Shown here one piece after another: positions 9,764 through 18,478 of a stretch of 23,216 nt of DNA. Where the stretch lies: positions 1 to 23,216 of the forward strand of contig JAFGGO010000103.1 of assembly GCA_016930515.1 (NCBI GenBank), written 5' to 3'. The notes beneath the pieces were generated by a model, which was not told the DNA's origin, searched no databases, and worked only from the letters and a program-made list of their open reading frames with translations. Each line of letters starts with the position of its first letter. The first letter of the stretch is position 1. The position numbers were made by a program, and so were the translations under genes. Source of the stretch: Promethearchaeota archaeon (GTDB lineage Archaea; Asgardarchaeota; Lokiarchaeia; Sigyniarchaeales; SOKP01).

Positions 9764-9947
9764 CTGTACACCTTAAGGATATCGCTTTTCTTGTAGATTT
9801 TTCCAATCCTTTTATAGCATTTAATCGCCCTATATCGAATTGCATTAGATCGCAATAAATTATCCCTATTTCATTCCACGCTACGGTGAAATAAGGGGTG
9901 ATTCTATAATTTACTCCAATATCGTACCAATCCACGAGCTTTCGCAT
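9750..9947 (-). pseudogene. Possible TPR-repeat remnant
   Basis: 65-aa ORF with ITPYFTVAWNEIGIIYCDL resembling one TPR helix; rest is not TPR-like; overlaps the start of the next gene. Confidence 0.2.
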
Positions 9948-10173
9948 GTTATTTCCATCAGTCTTAGAAAATTAAATTCCAAATTATTCAAGAATTGAAA
10001 ATTAAAACAATTTAATTTTTAATGCATAATTTATATAAATTGTTATTGTTTTTCATCGTTCGAAATTAATAAAATTAATATTTCCAAGCATTTTTATATG
10101 CAAACGATCATATCTGTAATAAGGAATTTTGATCTACATTTAAAACGACTCAAAAAATGAGGGATAATTAATA

Positions 10174-11940
10174 GTGAAAAAGTGGCAAGTTGACGAAGAA
10201 AAAGCATGGTTCAAAAAATGGTGGCCGAAAGATGTTCCAAAAAACATAGAATTCGAAGAAATTTCCGCAGGCGACTATTTCGAACGCCAAAGAAAGAAAT
10301 ATCCAGATAAAAATCTCATGTGGTTTTTAGACACTTGGATGACTTATGAAGAAGCAGGCAAGCATATAGATTCACTCGCAACTGCGATTAATGATATGGG
10401 GATAAAAAAAGGAGATTGCGTTGCTTTAATGCTTCCAAATAGTTTTCAATACGTCATATCTTATTATGCCTGCTTGAAGATAGGTGCTGTTGCCACGGGT
10501 ATCAATCCTACCTACATGCCGCTCGAAGTTCTTCATCACATAGAAACCACAGAAGCCAAATTCCTCGTGACCTTGGATGCTCTTTACCCAACGCTCATTA
10601 AGCCTATTATCGACAAGACCAAGATAGAAAAAATAATATATACGAATGTTGCTGATTTGGCTTCTGGAATCCCTAACGCACTCAAGGTTTTAGGCAAGCT
10701 TATTAAAAAGATACCCAAAGGTAAGGTAGATTTTGAACACTCCTATAAATTTACTGACCTCCTGCTCACTCCTGTAAACCTGCCTAAAGTGGATATAAAT
10801 CCCGTCGAAGATACTGCTACTTACATAATGACTGGTGGGACGACAGGGGTTCCAAAAGCAACGAATTTAACGCATTTTAATATTATTTCAAATGCCATAC
10901 AATGTCTTAATTGGATGGGAGGAGAACAACCCGATCTAGGGGTTGTTGGAGTCTTGCCGTTATTTCACTCGTTTGGCATGACAACTGTAATGAACGCAGC
11001 CGTGGTGTTTGGAGGGTGGATGATGTTATTTCCTCAACCTCCCAAGACAAAAGAATTATTAAAGGAAATTCAGGCGGTTGAGGCACCTCTTGGATTGGCG
11101 TATCCCGGAGCCGAAATACTTTTTAAACGACTTGCAGAATTCCCAGGAATTAAGGAATACGATATTATGGGTAAATTAAGGTTATGCATTGCCGGTGCTG
11201 GACCATTACACGCGCCTGTTCAAAAAGCATTCGTGGAAAACACGGAAGGATCCATAGTAGAAGGATATGGTCTTTCTGAAGCAAGCCCCGTGATTAGCTC
11301 TGGAAACCTTTTTGAAGAAAGCCCTCTTGGTACGATAGGTATGCCCTTCCCCGGAACCGATTGGGCAATTTTCGAGACCGAAGCTGCAGATCTAAGTGGC
11401 GGTCCCATTGCAGATGGTTCGAAAAACTCTAAATATGGCGAAGAGCATACGGGTGAGATATGTGCCTGTGGGCCTCAAGTAATGAAGGATTACCTCAATC
11501 AACCCGAAGAAACCGCAGATACCGTTCAAGAATGGGACGGTCGCATGTGGTTACGGACGGGAGATATCGGATTCATGAGAGAGGACGGACTAATAACCAT
11601 TCGTGATAGAAAAAAACAGTTAATTAAGGTCGCGGGACATTCAGTATATCCAAAAGAGGTAGAGGAACTCATAATGAAGCACGAAGCGGTTTCTGAAGTC
11701 GCTGTTGCCGGTCTTCCCGACCCTCGAGGTAACGTTGGAGAAGTCGTAAAAGCTTGGGTAGAACTAAAAGCTGGTTACGAGGGGAAAATTACCGATATTG
11801 AACTTTTAGAATGGACAAGGCAAAATATGACGGCCTGGAAATGCCCCTACTTGATAGAATTCATCCCTGAAGTTCCAAAAAATGTCTTGGGAAAAGTTCA
11901 GAGGCGAATGCTTCAAGAATCCGATCCTCTATGGAAATAA
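10174..11940 (+). CDS. Long-chain-fatty-acid--CoA ligase (FadD/LcfA-like AMP-binding enzyme)
   Basis: 588 aa; YIMTGGTTGVPK, LPLFHSFG, EGYGLSEASP, GEICACGPQVMKDY, WLRTGDIG, DRKKQLIK, PKNVLGKVQR; GTG start after a GAGGG RBS. Confidence 0.93.
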   Translation: MKKWQVDEEKAWFKKWWPKDVPKNIEFEEISAGDYFERQRKKYPDKNLMWFLDTWMTYEEAGKHIDSLATAINDMGIKKGDCVALMLPNSFQYVISYYACLKIGAVATGINPTYMPLEVLHHIETTEAKFLVTLDALYPTLIKPIIDKTKIEKIIYTNVADLASGIPNALKVLGKLIKKIPKGKVDFEHSYKFTDLLLTPVNLPKVDINPVEDTATYIMTGGTTGVPKATNLTHFNIISNAIQCLNWMGGEQPDLGVVGVLPLFHSFGMTTVMNAAVVFGGWMMLFPQPPKTKELLKEIQAVEAPLGLAYPGAEILFKRLAEFPGIKEYDIMGKLRLCIAGAGPLHAPVQKAFVENTEGSIVEGYGLSEASPVISSGNLFEESPLGTIGMPFPGTDWAIFETEAADLSGGPIADGSKNSKYGEEHTGEICACGPQVMKDYLNQPEETADTVQEWDGRMWLRTGDIGFMREDGLITIRDRKKQLIKVAGHSVYPKEVEELIMKHEAVSEVAVAGLPDPRGNVGEVVKAWVELKAGYEGKITDIELLEWTRQNMTAWKCPYLIEFIPEVPKNVLGKVQRRMLQESDPLWK

Positions 11941-12026
11941 TATCCTTTTTTTTCTTGATAAATCGATTGATTATTTATCGTTGAAAATTCATTTTTAAAA
12001 AATTTATAATTTATAATAATACACCT

Positions 12027-12042
12027 CCCTTAATATTAGGGG
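12027..12042. promoter_or_regulatory. Imperfect palindrome CCCTTAATATTAGGGG upstream of the tusA-dsrE-iscS-iscU operon
   Basis: 14/16 self-complementary with GC clamps in an otherwise AT-rich intergenic region. Confidence 0.3.
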
Positions 12043-12178
12043 TTTTCTTATTTTCTAGGCTTTATTTACTAAATTATAATGCCAATCTTTATTTTTCCAA
12101 CTAAGTGTATATATAACAAGGAAGAATCTTAAAAACAAATTCCTTTCTGAATGTTTACTCCTCAAGGAGGTAATTTAT

Positions 12179-12433
12179 GTGAATGATGAAAATAAGGAAA
12201 ATATTGATATTGCCGAAGAATTAGACACGAGGGGTTTGTTTTGCCCAGAACCATTATTCGAAACGAGGACCTTGTCGGAAAAGCTAGAACCAGGTCAATG
12301 TTTTAAAGTAATTGCGGACGATCCAGCAGCAGACGAAGACCTTCATAGATGGGCCAAGCGAACAGACACTCAAGTGGTTGAATTTAGAAAGGAGGGACAA
12401 GATTTAATATTCATTTTTAAAAAAACCAAATAA
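12179..12433 (+). CDS. tusA: TusA/SirA-family sulfur carrier protein
   Basis: LDTRGLFCPEP (CPxP), VIADDPAA-D-HRW; RBS AAGGAGGT upstream of GTG. Confidence 0.9.
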   Translation: MNDENKENIDIAEELDTRGLFCPEPLFETRTLSEKLEPGQCFKVIADDPAADEDLHRWAKRTDTQVVEFRKEGQDLIFIFKKTK

Positions 12434-12451
12434 AATAGAGATGATAAGAAA

Positions 12452-12808
12452 ATGGCGAAAAAATTATTATATATTCAAACAAGCGACGCTCCAGAACGCC
12501 AATATTCCCCCTTAGTATTAGCACAAACAGCAAAAGCAATGGACCTCGAACCCACTGTATATTTTCTTGGCATGGGTCTTAAAATACTAAAACCAGGGGA
12601 AGCAGAAAAGATTAAACTCGGCAACTTTCCAAGCATGAAAGAAATGATCGATAAAACCTTAGAAATGGGAATTGAAATATTGGTATGTGAAGCCTCAAAG
12701 CGCATGCTTGGATGGGATACGGTTAAACTCATTCCAAACGTGAAAATAGTGGGTGCTGCGACTTTAAACGATCTGGTATTAGAAGCTGATGGAACTTTAT
12801 GGTTTTAA
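12452..12808 (+). CDS. DsrE/DsrF-like sulfur relay protein
   Basis: 118 aa; YFLGMG, GIEILVCEAS (conserved Cys), IVGAATL...EAD C-terminus. Confidence 0.85.
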   Translation: MAKKLLYIQTSDAPERQYSPLVLAQTAKAMDLEPTVYFLGMGLKILKPGEAEKIKLGNFPSMKEMIDKTLEMGIEILVCEASKRMLGWDTVKLIPNVKIVGAATLNDLVLEADGTLWF

Positions 12809-12856
12809 ATCAAATGAAAATAAAAGAAATTTAATTATTAAAAAGAGGTCAAAAAT

Positions 12857-14053
12857 ATGAGCAATTATTTGGATTATCAAGCGGCAAAACCCGTGGATAA
12901 AAGAGTTCTAGATGAGATGCTACCTTACTTTAGCGAAAAATACGCAAATCCTTCCTCCTTACACGCTGATGGAGACGTCGCTACCAGAGCTCTCGACGAA
13001 TCGAGAGAAAAAATATCATTTTTTTTAAACGCTCCGGAGGGGTCGAGCATCGTATTTACTTCAAGCGCAACCGAATCGAATAATTTAGCCATAATCGGAT
13101 CTGCCTTGAGAAATAAAAGGAAGGGCACTCACATTATTATATCAGAAATCGAACACATTTCAATACATAACATTGCCAAATACCTTGAAAGAGAAGGATT
13201 TACAATCAGCAAGCTTCCCGTGGACCAATATGGTATCGTTAAAGTTGAAAAACTCGAAAAATTGATTAGAGACGATACAATTTTAATTTCCATTTCGACC
13301 GCAAGCAACGAGGTAGGTTCGCTACAACCAGTCGAAGAAATTTCAAGGATCGCCCAGAAGCACGGCGTTTTGTACCACGCTGACGCGGTTGCAAGCGAGG
13401 CCACCGTGCCTTTAGACTTGACTAACACTCCCATAGACATGCTCACGCTTTCATCCAACGATATTTACGGCCCTAGGGGCGTTGCTGCCTTATACATGAA
13501 AAAAGGCGTGAGAGTAAATCCACTTATCATTGGTGGTGGTCAAGAAATGGGAATGCGCTCGGGTTCGGAAAATATTCCAGGCATAGTAGGATTTGCGAAA
13601 GCGGCAGAAATCGCAAAATCCGAAATCAAACAAGAAGGGCCTAGGCTTTCTGGACTTAGGGACAAGCTCATAAAAGGCGTGCTTGAAACGATACCTAAAT
13701 CGCACTTAAACGGTCACCCAGAAAAGCGACTTCCGCACAATGCTCATTTTCGATTTGATTATATCGAGGGAGAATCCCTAATTCTTGGATTGAAAGATCA
13801 AAACATTGCTTGCGCCACGGGTTCTGCGTGTAGTTCGAAAACGCTCGAACCATCTCATACACTCATCTCAATGGGACTCTTACACGAAGAGGCACACGGT
13901 AGCTTGGTGGTCACTCTAGGCAGGTTCACGCAAGATTCGCACATTTACGAATTGCTCGAGTCGTTGCCAAAAGTCGTGAAGCGCTTGCGATTATTATCTC
14001 CGTTGACCCCTCCCGATTTACTAAAACAAATAAAAGAAGAAGGTGAGAATTAA
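12857..14053 (+). CDS. iscS: IscS/NifS-family protein lacking the PLP Schiff-base lysine (Archaeoglobus-type)
   Basis: YLDYQA, ANPSSLH, FTSSATESNN, EHISI, GGGQE-RSGSEN, ATGSACSS (Cys325); canonical SxHK reads SSND (Asp202, codon 13460-13462). Confidence 0.92.
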   Translation: MSNYLDYQAAKPVDKRVLDEMLPYFSEKYANPSSLHADGDVATRALDESREKISFFLNAPEGSSIVFTSSATESNNLAIIGSALRNKRKGTHIIISEIEHISIHNIAKYLEREGFTISKLPVDQYGIVKVEKLEKLIRDDTILISISTASNEVGSLQPVEEISRIAQKHGVLYHADAVASEATVPLDLTNTPIDMLTLSSNDIYGPRGVAALYMKKGVRVNPLIIGGGQEMGMRSGSENIPGIVGFAKAAEIAKSEIKQEGPRLSGLRDKLIKGVLETIPKSHLNGHPEKRLPHNAHFRFDYIEGESLILGLKDQNIACATGSACSSKTLEPSHTLISMGLLHEEAHGSLVVTLGRFTQDSHIYELLESLPKVVKRLRLLSPLTPPDLLKQIKEEGEN

Positions 14054-14845
14054 ATGCCAAAATCAACCGATTACACGGATAAAGTAATGGACCATTTTAG
14101 AAATCCCCGAAACGTTGGTTTTATCGAAAAAGCAGACGGTTACGGCAAGGTTGGAAATCCCGTATGTGGAGACCTAATGGAGATTACCCTAAAGATTGGG
14201 AAAAATGACAAGCAAGAAGATATCATTGAAGACATAAAGTTTAGAACATTTGGATGCGGATCTGCCGTGTCAACTTCTTCGATGGTAACCGAAATGGCCA
14301 AGGGCATGACTCTTGACGAGGCGTATAAGATCACTAGATCTGATGTGGCCGAAGAACTGGACGGTCTCCCACCAATAAAAATGCATTGCTCCAACCTCGC
14401 TGCCGATGCCCTCAAAGCGGCCATTGATAATTATAGGAAAGGGTCAAAACCCGAAATAGAAATTGTAACCTCGTGTCAATTAGAAGTACGCGTGATACTC
14501 GGATTTGACGAACTTCTCGGCAAGGGCGCCTATAAAATCGTTCCTAATTTAGAAGTTTTGAAAGGAAAGAGAACATTGGTATCTGATACGGGAGATAAAT
14601 CCCTAGAACTCGCTCTAAATTTAACGGAATACACGGGTCGAGTCATACTCGTGACGTCTGCAAAAGAGATTCCAGGTACCGTTGAGCTTCGAGATCGTCT
14701 TAAAAAATCCGATGTGAAAATCCTACATCAATCCGAATTATTAGAAGTCAAGGGAACCGACGAGGTTGAAAAAGTAATCATACACGATTACGACGAGGAT
14801 AACAATTACGAACTATTCGTGGACGCAGTTGTTGTATTAGAATAA
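14054..14845 (+). CDS. iscU: IscU/NifU-type Fe-S scaffold with a C-terminal degenerate thioredoxin-reductase NADPH-binding-like domain
   Basis: DHFRNPRNVG, NPVCGD, TFGCGSA, LPPIKMHCS (three Cys ligands); about 134-aa extension; ATG directly abuts the iscS stop (TAA|ATG). Confidence 0.9.
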   Translation: MPKSTDYTDKVMDHFRNPRNVGFIEKADGYGKVGNPVCGDLMEITLKIGKNDKQEDIIEDIKFRTFGCGSAVSTSSMVTEMAKGMTLDEAYKITRSDVAEELDGLPPIKMHCSNLAADALKAAIDNYRKGSKPEIEIVTSCQLEVRVILGFDELLGKGAYKIVPNLEVLKGKRTLVSDTGDKSLELALNLTEYTGRVILVTSAKEIPGTVELRDRLKKSDVKILHQSELLEVKGTDEVEKVIIHDYDEDNNYELFVDAVVVLE

Positions 14846-14933
14846 AACCTTAAAAATTCAATTTTTTTTCTTAATTTTTAAAAAACAAATCTAGAAATGT
14901 CCCTATTGCATTTATTCTGATCATTATTCGATT

Positions 14934-15716
14934 TTATTCTACATAAATATGTTTTAAAAGCTCTGAAATCTTGTAATCTTTTTGCCACAGTTCCGATTCT
15001 AAATCCTTGCATCTTATCTTAATATCAACCGTTTTCTCTCTCAACGAATCTAACTCGCTTTCTTTAAGCTCCAAAAGTGCCATTTTTTCCTTTAACTTAT
15101 TATTTAGATACGCCATTTTTTTTTGCTCTGAAGAGTTTTGCACTTCGAGATATAAGATCTCCAAATTCGATAACGAATGCTTTACCGATTCTAATTCTTT
15201 TTCGTTGTTAATAGCTTTTTGTTTTAAAATCTCGTTCTCGACCATTAGTTCTTGAGCTATATGGCATTTATTCTGATAATCGCTTTGAATTCCTTCCAAT
15301 TCGTTTTTGAGGTTTTTAATAAGGAACTTTTGCGAATTTAATTTTGATTGGAGATCGTCGACTAAGACTTGAAATGGTGGTTTTTCCCGATCTATTCGAA
15401 TAACCGAACCGATGGTAGATGTTTTTTTAGTTTCGACTTCAATCTTACGTTTAAGATCAATGTTTTCCTTTCTTAAAAAACCCAATTTGTCTTTTAACTC
15501 TCGAATTTCTAAATCTTTTTCTTCCAAGCGTTTGATAAAATTATCTTTATCTTTTTTTGAAGGTTTGTAATTTGGATCAGCCATCTCTAACTTGCTTAGT
15601 TTTTCCTCCAATTCGCTTATTTTTTCTTTATAGGAATAGATCTCTACTTCTTTTTTTTCCAAGAGAAATTCCAATTCGTCAATTCGGAAATTCGTATTTC
15701 TATTAAATTCTATCAT
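14934..15716 (-). CDS. Hypothetical coiled-coil protein
   Basis: 260 aa, K/E/L-rich heptad pattern, no recognisable catalytic motif. Confidence 0.75.
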   Translation of the reverse strand: MIEFNRNTNFRIDELEFLLEKKEVEIYSYKEKISELEEKLSKLEMADPNYKPSKKDKDNFIKRLEEKDLEIRELKDKLGFLRKENIDLKRKIEVETKKTSTIGSVIRIDREKPPFQVLVDDLQSKLNSQKFLIKNLKNELEGIQSDYQNKCHIAQELMVENEILKQKAINNEKELESVKHSLSNLEILYLEVQNSSEQKKMAYLNNKLKEKMALLELKESELDSLREKTVDIKIRCKDLESELWQKDYKISELLKHIYVE

Positions 15717-15854
15717 TCAAAATCAATGTAATGTTTAATTTAAGCTTATTTTTCAATTGGAAAAATTCGAAATTAAGCGTTTTACATTGAAACTATATAG
15801 TCTATATCGATATTTAATATATTATTAATAAATGTTTGAGTTGTGTTCTATTCT

Positions 15855-15869
15855 AAAAGGTATATTAAG
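15855..15869 (+). promoter_or_regulatory. Putative BRE/TATA promoter AAAAGGTATATTAAG
   Basis: About 100 nt upstream of the CoA-disulfide reductase; near-identical to the element at 19701-19716. Confidence 0.4.
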
Positions 15870-15969
15870 TTGTGCTCTTGAAATCTTTAGAAGGACCTTT
15901 AAATACGGGCCACTATTAATTACAAGTAGAATTATTGATTAACAAGATATTAAAACGATTGGATAAAAA

Positions 15970-18339
15970 ATGGACAAAGTTGTAATCGTAGGAGGCGTCG
16001 CAGGCGGCGCCACTGCTGCCGCTCGTTTGCGGCGCCTTCGAGAAGACGTGGAAATCGTCGTTTTTGAGAAAGGAAGCCATGTTTCATTCGCGAATTGTGG
16101 TTTACCTTATTATATTGGACACGTTATTAAAGACCGGGAACAATTAGAGCTCATGACACCAAAGGAATTTTACGAAAGATTTCGGATCAATATTAAAATC
16201 GACCACGAGGTAATCTCGATTAAACGGCAAGAAAAAGTTGTCGTCGTGAAAGACTTGAAAAGTTCAAAGACATTTGAAGTTGCTTACGATACTTTAGTGC
16301 TCTCTCCGGGAGCCGCACCCATCGTTCCTCCCTTTAAAGGGATTGGAGACGTCCCCGTCTTTAGTTTAAGGACTATTCCAGATTCGGTAAATATTAAAAA
16401 TTATGTCGAACAGAAAGATGTCAAGCACGCAACGATCATTGGTGGCGGCTTCATTGGTCTTGAAATGGCCGAGAACCTGAAGGGTCGGGGAGTGAGAGTA
16501 AAGATCGTCGAAATGCTCGATCAAGTAATGGCCCCGCTTGACAAGGAAATGGCGCAATTCGTTCATCAAGAACTCATTTTAAACGGCGTGTGCCTTCAAC
16601 TCGAAGACCCCGTGGATTCTTTCAAGTGCGAAAACGAATGTAATTATGTGGTTCCTAAAAGTGGTAAAACTATAGAGACGGACATGATCGTTTTGGCAAT
16701 TGGAGTGAAACCGGAAAACGCCTTGGCAAGGGAGACGGGACTTGAATTAGGCCCTCGAGGACATATCGTTGTTGACGATCACATGCGCACCTCGGATCCG
16801 GCAATTTTCGCCGTAGGAGATGCCGTCCAAGTGAAAAACCGGATAACTCAAGCGGAGGCTTTTATTCCACTTGCAGGTCCAGCCAACAAGCAGGGAAGAA
16901 TTGCCGCGGACAACATTGCTGGTAGAAATACTACTTATGCAGGAGTTTTAGGTGCTTCAGTGGTAAAAGTCTTTGACTTGACCGTATCCACCGTTGGATT
17001 GTCCGAAAAACAATTAAAGGATACGACAATTCAATACGAAAAGATCTATGTTCACCCCAACAATCACGCTGGTTATTACCCAGGAGCAGTACCAATAACC
17101 CTCAAGCTCCTTTTTGAAGTACCTTCTGGCAAGATATTAGGTGCTCAAGCGGTGGGAGGTCCTGGCACTGAAAAGCGCATCGATGTGATTGCAACGGTCA
17201 TTAAATTCGGCGGTACCGTGTTTGATCTGGAGGAATTGGAACTCACCTACGCTCCCCCATATGGATCAGCTAAAGGTCCCGTAAACATGGCGGGATTCGT
17301 TGCTTCAAACGTGCTCAAGGGAGACATGCCCATCTGGCACTGGCACGATATTGAAAAGGTCAAATCGGATGATAATAACCTTCTCTTAGATGTGAGGACA
17401 GTTGAAGAATACAATATCGGAACGATTGAAGGCGCTATTAACATTTCTGACCTAGAACTCCGAGATAGATTGACAGAAGTTCCCAAGGACAAGCAAATTT
17501 ACATCTTTTGCGAAGTAGGGTTTCGTGGATACTTGGCAACGAGATTAATGAAACAAATGGGGTACGAGCACGTGTACAATCTCACGGGGGGGTACAAGTT
17601 ATTTGAAATGGCGCAAGCAACAACCGAGGAAATTGCAGCTGCGTGTGCGACGAGCGAAGATGTGGTTGTAGAAATGGTCAAAGAAAAATCCAAGGTATCT
17701 GGCGACGTGGTTGAGATAGACGCGTGCGGGTTATCGTGCCCTGGACCGTTAAACGCCATGATCAAGGGCTTGGAAAACATATCCGATCACAAAAAACTCG
17801 TGATTTACGCCACCGATCCAGGTTTTAAATCGAGCGTCGAAGCTTATGCCAAGCTCAATAAAGCCGTACAGCTACTCTCGCTTGGAAAGTCCGAGGGAAA
17901 GCTAGTAGCAACGCTCCAAAAAGGCGGTGCAACCGAAGAAGATATTTCTGCTCCGGTAAGGATCAAGAAAAAATCCCGAAAAGAGCTCAGGGGTACGAGC
18001 GCTCCCCCGATCTCGGAGATATCTGCAGACGAGCTTTACGAAAGCTTAGAGACGGACCACGCTCCCGCCCTCTTGCTCGATGTGCGCACGCCTAACGAGT
18101 ACTACGGGCCGCACGGACACATAAAATCGTCCAAGCTCATACCTTTAGGAGACATGATGGGAAACATTGCTTCTCTGGAGCAATACGCCAACGAAGAAGT
18201 TGTCACTATCTGTCATAGCGGGGCGCGATCCATGATGGCGGCTCAACTCCTCGCTCAAGCGGGATTTAAGGACGTGAGAAACTTGACCGGCGGCATGATG
18301 GTGTGGAACCGGAAAGGCTTGCCAAAATATCAGGATTAA
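15970..18339 (+). CDS. CoA-disulfide/persulfide reductase (Npsr/Cdr-like) fused to rhodanese, TusA-like and a second rhodanese domain
   Basis: GGVAGG FAD motif, SFANCGLPYY active Cys, IGGGFIGLE, AVGDA, YAPPY; rhodanese 1 LDVRT...IFCEVGFRG; TusA DACGLSCPGP; rhodanese 2 LDVRTPNEY...ICHSGARS. Confidence 0.92.
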   Translation: MDKVVIVGGVAGGATAAARLRRLREDVEIVVFEKGSHVSFANCGLPYYIGHVIKDREQLELMTPKEFYERFRINIKIDHEVISIKRQEKVVVVKDLKSSKTFEVAYDTLVLSPGAAPIVPPFKGIGDVPVFSLRTIPDSVNIKNYVEQKDVKHATIIGGGFIGLEMAENLKGRGVRVKIVEMLDQVMAPLDKEMAQFVHQELILNGVCLQLEDPVDSFKCENECNYVVPKSGKTIETDMIVLAIGVKPENALARETGLELGPRGHIVVDDHMRTSDPAIFAVGDAVQVKNRITQAEAFIPLAGPANKQGRIAADNIAGRNTTYAGVLGASVVKVFDLTVSTVGLSEKQLKDTTIQYEKIYVHPNNHAGYYPGAVPITLKLLFEVPSGKILGAQAVGGPGTEKRIDVIATVIKFGGTVFDLEELELTYAPPYGSAKGPVNMAGFVASNVLKGDMPIWHWHDIEKVKSDDNNLLLDVRTVEEYNIGTIEGAINISDLELRDRLTEVPKDKQIYIFCEVGFRGYLATRLMKQMGYEHVYNLTGGYKLFEMAQATTEEIAAACATSEDVVVEMVKEKSKVSGDVVEIDACGLSCPGPLNAMIKGLENISDHKKLVIYATDPGFKSSVEAYAKLNKAVQLLSLGKSEGKLVATLQKGGATEEDISAPVRIKKKSRKELRGTSAPPISEISADELYESLETDHAPALLLDVRTPNEYYGPHGHIKSSKLIPLGDMMGNIASLEQYANEEVVTICHSGARSMMAAQLLAQAGFKDVRNLTGGMMVWNRKGLPKYQD

Positions 18340-18478
18340 TTTCTTAATTTTTTTTAAATCTTATATGAATTAAAAAGGAATGATTATTTTAATCACTTTA
18401 AATCCCTTGTAGATTTTTTGAACGATTAGACGAGAAATTACACTTCTCGTTTATCTAAAGAAAAATTCTTCCAATTTA

